Source: an uncultured Actinomycetes bacterium (GTDB lineage Bacteria; Actinomycetota; UBA4738; JBBDTT01). Taken from it: a stretch of 64,000 nucleotides of DNA. The notes under the pieces are model-generated. The model searched no databases, was not told the origin of the DNA, and worked only from the letters and a program-made list of their open reading frames with translations. Of this stretch, positions 10,639-18,959 are shown in pieces; within the stretch, counting starts at the first letter, position 1; each line of letters begins with the position of its first letter. Location of the stretch: positions 352,001 to 416,000 of the forward strand of contig CAVUMN010000004.1 of assembly GCA_963742735.1 (NCBI GenBank), written 5' to 3'. Position numbers and translations under genes: made by a program.

Positions 10639-12216
10639 TTACTCCAGGTATCCGAGGCCGCGGAGGTGCTCCTCCATCTCCGCGGCTTCCGTGTCGTCTG
10701 GGCCGCTGTCCTCGGCGGCGACGTCGGAGACCGTGGCCTCCCCGGAGCGGACGGCCGCCTCGTCGCCGACGACCGCCGATAGGACCTGCCCGTCGTGCTT
10801 GACGCTGGCCGGCGCGTCGACCGCGGCCAGAATGGTCGGCGCCAGGTCGACGAGCCCCGGCGAGTCGGCGAACGCTCCCGGGCGGACCCGAGGGCCGGCC
10901 GCGGCGATCACGCCCTCGACCCGATGGTCGCCGGCGGCCCACCCGGCGTCCTCGATGACACTCTTGGCGTGGGTCAGGCTGAACCCGGGCGCCGGCTCCA
11001 GGAGCAGGTCGGGCGCGTGCTCCAGGTGATCGCCCGAGAACACTTCCTCGCGCCTGCGGATACGGGCGATCGGCCTCTTCCCGCTCACCGGGTCGGTGAA
11101 CGCGCCCAGCCGCTCGGCCGCCTCGTCGCGGACCCGCTCGAAGTCGGCCGGGTCGACGATCCCGTTCGGCTCGCGGCCGGCCAGGTTCACGCTGACCCCC
11201 TCCCCCGTCGAGCGGATCGAGGTGTACACGCGCGTCTTCGGCCAGTTGATCGGCTGGGGCAGCGACACCTTGCCGTGCAATCCCAGAAGGTCGTACACGC
11301 GCCGGGCGATCCCCCGGAGCTTCCCGGCCTGGATCCGGCCCACCAGGGCCTGCCCGGCGGTGAACTCCAGGAACCCCATCGACTGCAGCGCCTTGTCCAT
11401 GTGCATGGCCCGGGTGCAGGCGTGGAACCCGTGGTCGCTCATGAAGACGACCAGGTCGTCCTCGCCGGCCCGGGCCACGAGGGCCCCCAGCCCATCGTCC
11501 AGGGCCCGGTACACGTCACGGATCCGCGCCGCGACCTTCGTCTTCGAGAGCTCCGCGTACTCGGGATGGTCGGGAGAGATGTGCGAGGCCAGGCAGTGCT
11601 GGATCCGGTCGGTGGCGACATAGACCATGCACGCCACCTCCCAGTCGCCCTCGTCGAGCAGCCGCTCGTTGACCCGCTGGCGTGCGTTCGTGATCTCCAG
11701 CGCCTCGTCCAGCAGCGGCATCGGCCGGTTGTGGAACGTCGTCCAGCTGATCCCGTTGATCGGCCACGGCGTCCCGTCGCGTTCGAGCTCGTCGGCCAGC
11801 GAGGCGGGATGGGTGAACGGGTGGCCCTTCGGGAGGACGCCACCGGCGATCAGCTTCCCCTCGACCTGCGGCGCGGGGAACGTGAGGGGCACGTCGGTGA
11901 ACACCACGCGGCGGCCCGCGGCCTTCAGGTCGGCAAGGAACGAGCGCTCGCGGATCGAGTGATACGTCACCGGGTACTGCTTCGTGGTCCCCGGCCGAGT
12001 CTCCAGGATGTCGAACACGCCGTGACGGCCCGGCTCGACCCCGGTGAGGAACGACGGCCAGGCCGTCCACGAATGGGTGGGAAGCGTCGAGCGGAGCACG
12101 CCCTTCGCCCCGCGGTCGATCAGGGCCTGGAGGTTCGGCAGCACGCCGGCCTCCAGCATGGGGTCGAGGATCCTCCAGTCGGCGCCGTCCCAGCCGATGA
12201 CAAGGACTCGCGACAT
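10639..12216 (-). CDS. AlkP superfamily type I phosphodiesterase/nucleotide pyrophosphatase-like protein
   Basis: IGWDGADW, STLPTHSWTAWPSFLTG, DRIQH, MSDHG, GDHR, C-terminal LRGLGY. Confidence 0.85.
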   Translation of the reverse strand: MSRVLVIGWDGADWRILDPMLEAGVLPNLQALIDRGAKGVLRSTLPTHSWTAWPSFLTGVEPGRHGVFDILETRPGTTKQYPVTYHSIRERSFLADLKAAGRRVVFTDVPLTFPAPQVEGKLIAGGVLPKGHPFTHPASLADELERDGTPWPINGISWTTFHNRPMPLLDEALEITNARQRVNERLLDEGDWEVACMVYVATDRIQHCLASHISPDHPEYAELSKTKVAARIRDVYRALDDGLGALVARAGEDDLVVFMSDHGFHACTRAMHMDKALQSMGFLEFTAGQALVGRIQAGKLRGIARRVYDLLGLHGKVSLPQPINWPKTRVYTSIRSTGEGVSVNLAGREPNGIVDPADFERVRDEAAERLGAFTDPVSGKRPIARIRRREEVFSGDHLEHAPDLLLEPAPGFSLTHAKSVIEDAGWAAGDHRVEGVIAAAGPRVRPGAFADSPGLVDLAPTILAAVDAPASVKHDGQVLSAVVGDEAAVRSGEATVSDVAAEDSGPDDTEAAEMEEHLRGLGYLE

Positions 12217-12227
12217 CGCGGGCGAGT

Positions 12228-12780
12228 CTACCGGAGCAGACCCGCCCGTCCGGCGCTCTCGGGCCTTACGGGCAGCCCGTAGGCCCAGCCGTCGCCGCCC
12301 GGGCTGTCGTGGTTGTCACCGGTCACGGTTCCGGCCAGGTTGACGGTCGTGGCGTCTATGAGCTCGATGCCGTTGTGGCCGTTGGTCAGTCCGGTGACCG
12401 TCGTCCACGTCCGACCGGACAGCGCTCCGACGCCGGTGGTGTACGAAATAGTCAGGTTCTTCGGCTCGGTGGTGGGTGTGGCCCCGGTCTCGTTCGTCTT
12501 CCACAGCCGGAGCATGTTCACGGCCGTGCTGGCGAAGTCGACGGCGATGTGGGACGGGTCATCCGTGTTGAAGGACTCCGTGGTCCAGGTGAACGTGGCC
12601 GTGCTGCCGTCGATGGCGTTCGGGGGCGTTTCGTTCGAGACGCGCTCGTTCGGAAATCCGGCCACGCGGTCAGGGTGATCTGCGAATCCACGGCCCCCGC
12701 CGGGAGGGCCTGCAGCGCGAACATCGCGATCAGCAGGGTGAGAACGAGAAGTAGAGGAAGCACGGACCGTGCGCGCGCAT
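12228..12780 (-). pseudogene. Remnant of a secreted protein with a discoidin/F5-8-type-like domain; frameshifted and apparently truncated
   Basis: SD GAAGGGA then ATG at 12780; signal peptide RARSVLPLLLVL...AGA in a shifted frame; second shift near 12670 into NAIDGSTATFTW...HIAVDF...MLRLW; ends shortly after GDGWA. Confidence 0.55.
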
Positions 12781-12784
12781 GCGA

Positions 12785-12893
12785 TATCCCTTCGCCGGGA
12801 GCCGGGTCTCTCTCGTGGGACCTTCTTGAAAGGACGAGATGTCGACGCGAAGGGGATACGGCCCGTCTGTACACCCGAACCTACGCGCGTCAA
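12785..12893 (-). promoter_or_regulatory. Candidate promoter plus structured leader that pairs with the Shine-Dalgarno sequence
   Basis: TTGACG-N16-TACAGA (12893-12866), followed by an 11-bp stem (12847-12858 with 12785-12795) enclosing inner stems. Confidence 0.4.
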
Positions 12894-12934
12894 CCGGATC
12901 GGTCGAGATGCGTACGCAGGGAACCCTCGGACGC

Positions 12935-14602
12935 TCAGACGCCGAGCATCGCGTAGCGCTCGATGAAGAAGTCGTCGGGGACGCCGACCCGCAGACCCTC
13001 GGCGAACGGGTCGACGTCGAACGCCACCACGCCGGTTCGCGTCTCCCCCGCCTCGATGGGAGAGAACATGAAGAACTCCGCCTTGGGCCCGCCGGCGATC
13101 CACAGCCCGGCCGTGGCCTGGGCGTCGGGGAGGTACAGGTTCCCTCCGGCGTCGGTCGCGAACACGAACGGCACCTTCCGCGCAGCCCCGGTGTTCGTGA
13201 TCGTCAGCTTCACCACCGCGTAGGTGCCTCGCGGGAACCGCGCCGGCAGGCCGAAGTAGGGCACGCGCACGACGTTTCGCATCCTCGCGCCATCGCTGGT
13301 CCAGACGAGGTTCCCGACCTGCACCGGCTGGCCCCGGGGGAACGACCCGATCCCCAGCGGGATCAGCGCGTTCCCGGTGCGGCGGTTGTAGAGGAGCCCC
13401 GTCGCGAAGATCTGCCACGCCTCGGTCTCCTTCTGCACGTCCGCTCGCGGGTCGACGTCGAAGTTGAACGCCCCCTTCGCGATCCGAAACGCCCACAGGT
13501 CGCCCGTGTGGTACGCCTCGTGGTCCCCGGCCGCGAACATGAAGTCGTTCGTGACCCCGTGGACCGGCCGGTCCCGGGTGTTCTCGAGCACGTCCACGAT
13601 CCGGTCGGCGTCGACCGAGCCCGCCCGCTGGGCCGCCTCCTTGTAGAGCATCAGCGTGTCGTAGACCACGGCCTGGGCGATGGGCAGCGCCGGGACCTGC
13701 GTTCCCGGGATCGCCCGGATCGTGTACCGCTCGTGATACCGGGCGAACCAGTTCGCCCGCCAGGACCCCGGCGGCGCCCAGTTGTTGATCGTCCGATGGG
13801 GCAGGACCGAGATCACCCCCTCGGCCGCCTCGCCGGCCAGCGAGACGAACTGGTCGGTCACCGCCTGCACCGGCGCCACCACCTGCACGTCCCACCCCAG
13901 GTTATGGACGGCCTTCGCGGCCTGGGCCGCCTCCCGGGCCAGCCCCCACACGAACAGCGCGTCCGCGTTCGTCTCCCGGAGCGCCGCGACCTGCGGCGTC
14001 AGGTCGGTGTCGCCCATCTGGAAGGTCTGCTCCCCGACCAGCTGGCGGCCCAGCACGTTCAGCGCGTCCTTGACCGCGCCGGAGCCCGACCGCCCAACGA
14101 AGTCGTCGGCGCGCAGCATCGCGATGCGCTGCGCCTGGCGAGGCCCGGTCAGGAAGTCGAACAGGGCCTGGCCCATGATCCGGTCGTACGGGATCAAACG
14201 GAACACGTACGGGTTCCCGAGGGCGTTCACGTCGCCCACCGGTGACAGGTCCAGGAAGTTGAGGGTCTTCGTCGTCCGGATGAGCTCGCTGTTGTTCTGG
14301 GTGGCCGTGAACGCCTCGGGCCCGATCAGCAGGTCCACCTGCTCGGTCTGGATCAGGTCCCGGACGCCCTGCTCGCCCAGGGCCGGGTCGTCGCGGAAGA
14401 CGAGCTCGACCGGCCGCCCGAGGATCCCCCCCGCCGCGTTGATGTCGTTCGCGGCGAACTCGGCCCCCTGCCGATGCCACTCCGACACGAAGTCGAACAC
14501 GGATACAATGCCCACCTTGATGGGTTGGGCCGCCTCGCCGGGTGTGGCCGGAAGCGTCGCGAGCAGCACCGCGACCGCCAACGACAAGCCGACTTTCCGC
14601 AT
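12935..14602 (-). CDS. LivK-like binding protein with C-terminal DUF4352-like Ig domain
   Basis: Signal peptide; INAAGGILGRPVELVFRDD; YDTL; C-terminal YAVVKLTITNTG...F.ATDAGGNLY...IEAGETRTGVVAFDV. Confidence 0.8.
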   Translation of the reverse strand: MRKVGLSLAVAVLLATLPATPGEAAQPIKVGIVSVFDFVSEWHRQGAEFAANDINAAGGILGRPVELVFRDDPALGEQGVRDLIQTEQVDLLIGPEAFTATQNNSELIRTTKTLNFLDLSPVGDVNALGNPYVFRLIPYDRIMGQALFDFLTGPRQAQRIAMLRADDFVGRSGSGAVKDALNVLGRQLVGEQTFQMGDTDLTPQVAALRETNADALFVWGLAREAAQAAKAVHNLGWDVQVVAPVQAVTDQFVSLAGEAAEGVISVLPHRTINNWAPPGSWRANWFARYHERYTIRAIPGTQVPALPIAQAVVYDTLMLYKEAAQRAGSVDADRIVDVLENTRDRPVHGVTNDFMFAAGDHEAYHTGDLWAFRIAKGAFNFDVDPRADVQKETEAWQIFATGLLYNRRTGNALIPLGIGSFPRGQPVQVGNLVWTSDGARMRNVVRVPYFGLPARFPRGTYAVVKLTITNTGAARKVPFVFATDAGGNLYLPDAQATAGLWIAGGPKAEFFMFSPIEAGETRTGVVAFDVDPFAEGLRVGVPDDFFIERYAMLGV

Positions 14603-14737
14603 CGGGTTCAGCCTACCCCTGGCCCCAGCCTGCGTCGGCGGCCGTCCGATTCGGCAGGGACGTCCCCCCCTGCGTCGAACATCAGCCCCACGCCCGCACG
14701 CCCCTGCGCAGCTCGCGCTCGGCAAGAGGGAGACCCG

Positions 14738-17011
14738 GTGAGGGGCCGAATCGGTCGCTCGGAGAACCTGCTCGCGGTGCTCGGCGCATTCGTCGCGATC
14801 CTGCTGGTCGCGGTGGTGCTGCCGCTGGGCGGCGACGTCCTGGCCCAGGACGCCGGCCCGACCGCCGGTCCCTCCGCCGGCCCGACCGGGGCCACGCCGG
14901 TGCCCGGCCCGTCCGCCACCCCCGCGGGCCCGACCCTGTCCACCGAGGGCTCGAGCATCACCGACACCGAGTACCTGAACGTCCCGATCGACGCCGGCGG
15001 CGAGATCACCGGACCACCAACCCTGAAGGACTGGCTCCGCGTCCGGGGCAAGGAGAGCTCGATCATCAACGTGCGGGACCCGGCCGCGTTCGAGGACGTG
15101 GACACCCTGGCCGGCTCGGCGAGCAGCCGTCCGGGCGAGGGCACTCTCGACTGGACCGTGACGCTCCCGGACGAGCTGTTCGAGGACCTCTACTACGAGG
15201 GGAAGGTCGAGGTCGCCGGCGAGGGCCTGTACCTGACCGCCGACGGCCCGAAGGCGCTTCCGGTCACGATCGACATCGCCTACTACATGGGCGCGCCCGG
15301 CTCGGAGACCCGCGTCACGGCCGACCAGTTCGCGGCCCAGCGCGGGCCGGCGAAGATCGTCTTCACCGTCGAGAACCAGACCGAGCAGATGGAGGAGCTC
15401 ACCTACAACGACATCCAGACGAAGAAGGACGTCACCGCGATCGCCCCGGTGTGGACGCCCTACGTCGTGAAGATCGGCCCGATCCTGTTCCCCGACACCC
15501 AGTTCGACCAGATCCAGACCGATGGGGTCGCCACGCGCGTCGGCAACGGCACCGAGGTCACCTGGACCCTGAACCTGGCCCCTCCGGACTTCCCGCCGAA
15601 GCAGACGGCGATCGCCCAGTTCCTGATCGCCAAGCCCGACCTCCCCGAGATCCGGATCGCGGCGCAGCCCCAGTACCCGGCGGCCAAGGCCGACGCCATC
15701 ACGTCGGAGGGCCTCCAGTTCCAGGGCGGCCGCCGCTCGTTCCTGTACGACGTGTTCGACCTGCTGCGCTCGAACCTGATCTCACTGACGGGCACCTTCG
15801 GCCTCCTGGACGACGCGTTCAGCAACCTGGCGCTGCCCCTGATCTCGCCGGACAAGGGCAACCGCGAGACCGGCACGTTCGACGACCCGAACCAGCTGTG
15901 GGCCCTGTGGACGCTCACGAAGGGGATGGAACAGCTCAACCGCGCCGTCGACGTGCTCGACTACTCACTCCAGCTGGCCCGCAACGGCCTCAAGGGCGAG
16001 ATCGGGACGCTCTCGCAGATGCGCCATCTGCTCGGGAAGTCCACCGACCCGGCCGCGGTCGGCGTGGGCACGATCACGGAGCTCCCTCCGGCGCTGCTCG
16101 AGGCCCTCAACGACGCGCTGGCCGGCGGCGACCCCGCCGCCATCCCGACCGAGGTCGAGGAGGCCGTCCTGGGGATCCTCGACCAGGTCATCGCCGGCTC
16201 GATCTGGCAGAACATCAAGGACCTTGAGTTCGTGATGGGCTGCGTCGACTGCGGCACCGACCCGAACACCGAGCTCCCCGAGGCCCCGATCTCCGTGACC
16301 CCGACCAACCCCGTGGCCGGCCTGGTGGTCAGCGTGATCCGCCTGAAGATGGGCCTGTTCGAGCAGAACCTGGCCTGTCTGCAGAAGGAGGACCACAGCA
16401 ACCAGTGCGCGACGTTCTCCGGCGTCTCGAACACCGACGAGTCCACCGCCGCGAACGACTGGCGCAAGTTCACGACGATCACCTTCCCGTTCGGCCAGGA
16501 GGAGATCGCCGACGGCCTGTATCACCTCAAGGTCGACGGTACCGACCTGGTCCAGGCGGCGCTGGGCAACAAGGACACGCCGAACTCGATCATCTGGGCG
16601 ATGCACGTCCTGACCGACGGCCTCGAGGGGCTGTCCGACTCCTTCCACAACCTGGGCTCGACCTGGCGATACCTGGCCGACTCGCTGCAGAACTTCGGAC
16701 TGTTCGGCGTCGAGACCGCCAAGAACACCCTGCAGCTCGACATCAACAACCTCGACCTGGCCAGCGCCCAGCGCAACGCGGCGGCGGCGCGCGTGAACCG
16801 CCGGCCGACGACCTTCATGGGGTCGCCCGAGGCCACGAAGCAGGTACCCGTGAACACCCAGTTCGTGCTGGTCTACTCGACCTCGCCCGATTCGGCGCCG
16901 ATCGCCGGGGCGCTCGACACCGCGCGCGGGAAGTTCCTGGTCGCCCTGGCCTTCGGGATGCTGATCCTGCTGATCCTCGCGTTCGCCCGGTTCCGGTGGT
17001 TCCTGATATGA
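14738..17011 (+). CDS. YhgE/Pip-like large membrane-anchored protein (X-X-X-L-X-X-G heptad type)
   Basis: N-terminal hydrophobic segment; LYYEG...LPVTIDIAY...KIVFTVENQT...WTPY beta domain; helical middle with LTKGMEQL, IADGL, LTDGLEGL; TFMGSP...FVLVY; C-terminal TM. Confidence 0.55.
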   Translation: MRGRIGRSENLLAVLGAFVAILLVAVVLPLGGDVLAQDAGPTAGPSAGPTGATPVPGPSATPAGPTLSTEGSSITDTEYLNVPIDAGGEITGPPTLKDWLRVRGKESSIINVRDPAAFEDVDTLAGSASSRPGEGTLDWTVTLPDELFEDLYYEGKVEVAGEGLYLTADGPKALPVTIDIAYYMGAPGSETRVTADQFAAQRGPAKIVFTVENQTEQMEELTYNDIQTKKDVTAIAPVWTPYVVKIGPILFPDTQFDQIQTDGVATRVGNGTEVTWTLNLAPPDFPPKQTAIAQFLIAKPDLPEIRIAAQPQYPAAKADAITSEGLQFQGGRRSFLYDVFDLLRSNLISLTGTFGLLDDAFSNLALPLISPDKGNRETGTFDDPNQLWALWTLTKGMEQLNRAVDVLDYSLQLARNGLKGEIGTLSQMRHLLGKSTDPAAVGVGTITELPPALLEALNDALAGGDPAAIPTEVEEAVLGILDQVIAGSIWQNIKDLEFVMGCVDCGTDPNTELPEAPISVTPTNPVAGLVVSVIRLKMGLFEQNLACLQKEDHSNQCATFSGVSNTDESTAANDWRKFTTITFPFGQEEIADGLYHLKVDGTDLVQAALGNKDTPNSIIWAMHVLTDGLEGLSDSFHNLGSTWRYLADSLQNFGLFGVETAKNTLQLDINNLDLASAQRNAAAARVNRRPTTFMGSPEATKQVPVNTQFVLVYSTSPDSAPIAGALDTARGKFLVALAFGMLILLILAFARFRWFLI

Positions 17012-17691
17012 GGCGGCTGCGCGCGATCGCCGCCGTGCTCGTGGCGCTCCTGGCGTTCACGGCGTGCGGCACGCCGAACGCCGGCACGGGCGCGGGCGGG
17101 ACGGAGCAGTTCGGCCCCGAGGCGGAGATCCCCCAGCTCGGCGGCGCGGCACAGGGCGGCGCCGACGAGGGCACCGGCGGCAGCCTGGGCGAGGAGACGA
17201 TCGACGTCGAGGAGTCGGCCCCTCCGGGCCTGCACCTCGTAAGCGTCGTGGTCTCGCCGGTCACGGACGCCCTGCGCGAGGCCATCCACTTCACGGGGTT
17301 CCAGTCCGGCGGCACCCAGGGACTGCTCGAGCTCCCGATCTACGGGCTCAACCCCCGTCAGAAGATCTACTACCTGATCGCCTCGGTGATCAATGAAGGA
17401 GACCAGCCGGTCAGGAACCTCAAGGGCCGGGCCGACTTCTTCGACGCGCAGGGACGCCAGGTGTGGTCCGAGACGGTGGCCCTGACGCACTACCCGACCC
17501 GGCTCGCGCTGAACCCGCCGAGCCTGCCGAACACCGTCGACCCCCAGCCTCCCCTGGGGCCGGACATCAGCGGCTACCCCCTCTATTACTTCCCGACGAA
17601 CGTCGGGCTGTTCGCGTTCGCCGTGCCGGACTCCTCGATCGCCGAGGACGTGCGGTCCTGGAAGCTGACCTTCCTGGTGAGCACCTCATGA
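17008..17691 (+). CDS. Lipoprotein with FxLYD-like Ig domain
   Basis: Lipobox FTAC; ASVINEGDQPV...ADFFDAQG; ATGA overlap with the upstream stop. Confidence 0.65.
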   Translation: MRRLRAIAAVLVALLAFTACGTPNAGTGAGGTEQFGPEAEIPQLGGAAQGGADEGTGGSLGEETIDVEESAPPGLHLVSVVVSPVTDALREAIHFTGFQSGGTQGLLELPIYGLNPRQKIYYLIASVINEGDQPVRNLKGRADFFDAQGRQVWSETVALTHYPTRLALNPPSLPNTVDPQPPLGPDISGYPLYYFPTNVGLFAFAVPDSSIAEDVRSWKLTFLVSTS

Positions 17692-18959
17692 GGCGTACGG
17701 CCGTGACCCTCGCCGCGTTCGCGCTCCTCGGGGCGGCCTGCAGCAGCTCGAACGACACCGCGCAGCAGCCGCAGGTCGGCCCCAGCGGTTCGGGGACGCC
17801 GGCGCCGGACATCGTCGTCGGCCTGCTGTACACGGTCGGCGGCCAGGGCGGGGAGTTCGCCCAGGCCGCCCTGGGCGTCGCCGACCTGGTGGTGGCCGAC
17901 GCGAAGGACGACGGGGTCGACCTCGGGGTGGAGACCGCCGACTACGAGGGCGAGCCGAAGAAGGCCCTCTCCGCGGCACGGGACCTGGTGGAGCGGGGGG
18001 TGGCCGGCATCGTGGTCGCCACGGACGACCCGGAGGTGGCCGCCGCGCTCGAGGGCTTCGACGAGGTCCCGCTGCTGTACGCCATGATCTCCGCCGACGA
18101 CGCGGTCTCGCCCGAATCCTTCTCGTTCCGTCTGACGCCCTCGAACCAGCTGCAGGCCGAGAAGCTGGCCCAGTACCTGGTCGAGCGGCGGGGCTACGAG
18201 CGGATCGCGATCCTGCACGATTCGTCCGCGTTCGGAGTGGAGGGCGGGGACGACCTGGAGACCGAGCTCTCCCTGGCCGGCGCCGACGTCGTGATGAAGG
18301 AACAGTTCAGGAGCGGCGGCGACGTGCACACGCCCGTCAGCTACGCGGGCCAGCTCGATGCCCAGGCCCTGGTCGTGTGGACGCAGAGCGCGCCCGAGGC
18401 GGGCCGCATCACGATCGACGTCCACAAGACCACCATGCCCTACCAGCTGGTGCTCTCCGGCAACCTGGCCACCGGCTCGTACGGCAAGAACGCGTCCAGC
18501 CAGGTCGTCCCGGTGGCGTTCCGCGACGGGATCCTCTCGGTGGGCACGTGGGCCGGCCCGTGGTTCGACGAGCTGCCCTCGATCGGCCGGTTCTTCTCCC
18601 GGTTCAAGGCCGAGCAGAGCGCCCTGGCGCCCGTGCAGGCCATCCCGATCTACGACGGCCTGCGCCTGCTGGCCCGGGCGGCGGGCGATTCGGGCAACGA
18701 CCCGGCGTCGGTCGCCGCGGCGATCGAGTCCACGACCGACTTCCGCGGCGTCGGCGTTCCGATCTCCTTCTCGAGCTCCGACCACGACGGCATCGGCTTC
18801 GAGGACATGGCCGTCTGGGGCTTCACGCGCAACCAGCTGTCCGACGGCGGCGAGTTCTTCCCCGAGGTCGACACCGGCGGCGGGTTCTTCACGATCGTGC
18901 CGTCCTCGGTCGTGCTGCCGTCCCAGTTCTCCTACCTGCTCGTGGGGGTGAGCGACTGA
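17688..18959 (+). CDS. LivK-like binding lipoprotein
   Basis: Lipobox GAAC; FRLTPSN..QAE; IAILHDSSAFG; IYDGL; SFSSSDH. Confidence 0.8.
   Translation: MRRTAVTLAAFALLGAACSSSNDTAQQPQVGPSGSGTPAPDIVVGLLYTVGGQGGEFAQAALGVADLVVADAKDDGVDLGVETADYEGEPKKALSAARDLVERGVAGIVVATDDPEVAAALEGFDEVPLLYAMISADDAVSPESFSFRLTPSNQLQAEKLAQYLVERRGYERIAILHDSSAFGVEGGDDLETELSLAGADVVMKEQFRSGGDVHTPVSYAGQLDAQALVVWTQSAPEAGRITIDVHKTTMPYQLVLSGNLATGSYGKNASSQVVPVAFRDGILSVGTWAGPWFDELPSIGRFFSRFKAEQSALAPVQAIPIYDGLRLLARAAGDSGNDPASVAAAIESTTDFRGVGVPISFSSSDHDGIGFEDMAVWGFTRNQLSDGGEFFPEVDTGGGFFTIVPSSVVLPSQFSYLLVGVSD

Noticed and set aside
14653-14673. GCAGGG...CCCTGC hairpin in the divergent promoter region
   Set aside because: Short GC-rich stem that is likely by chance; no second copy noticed
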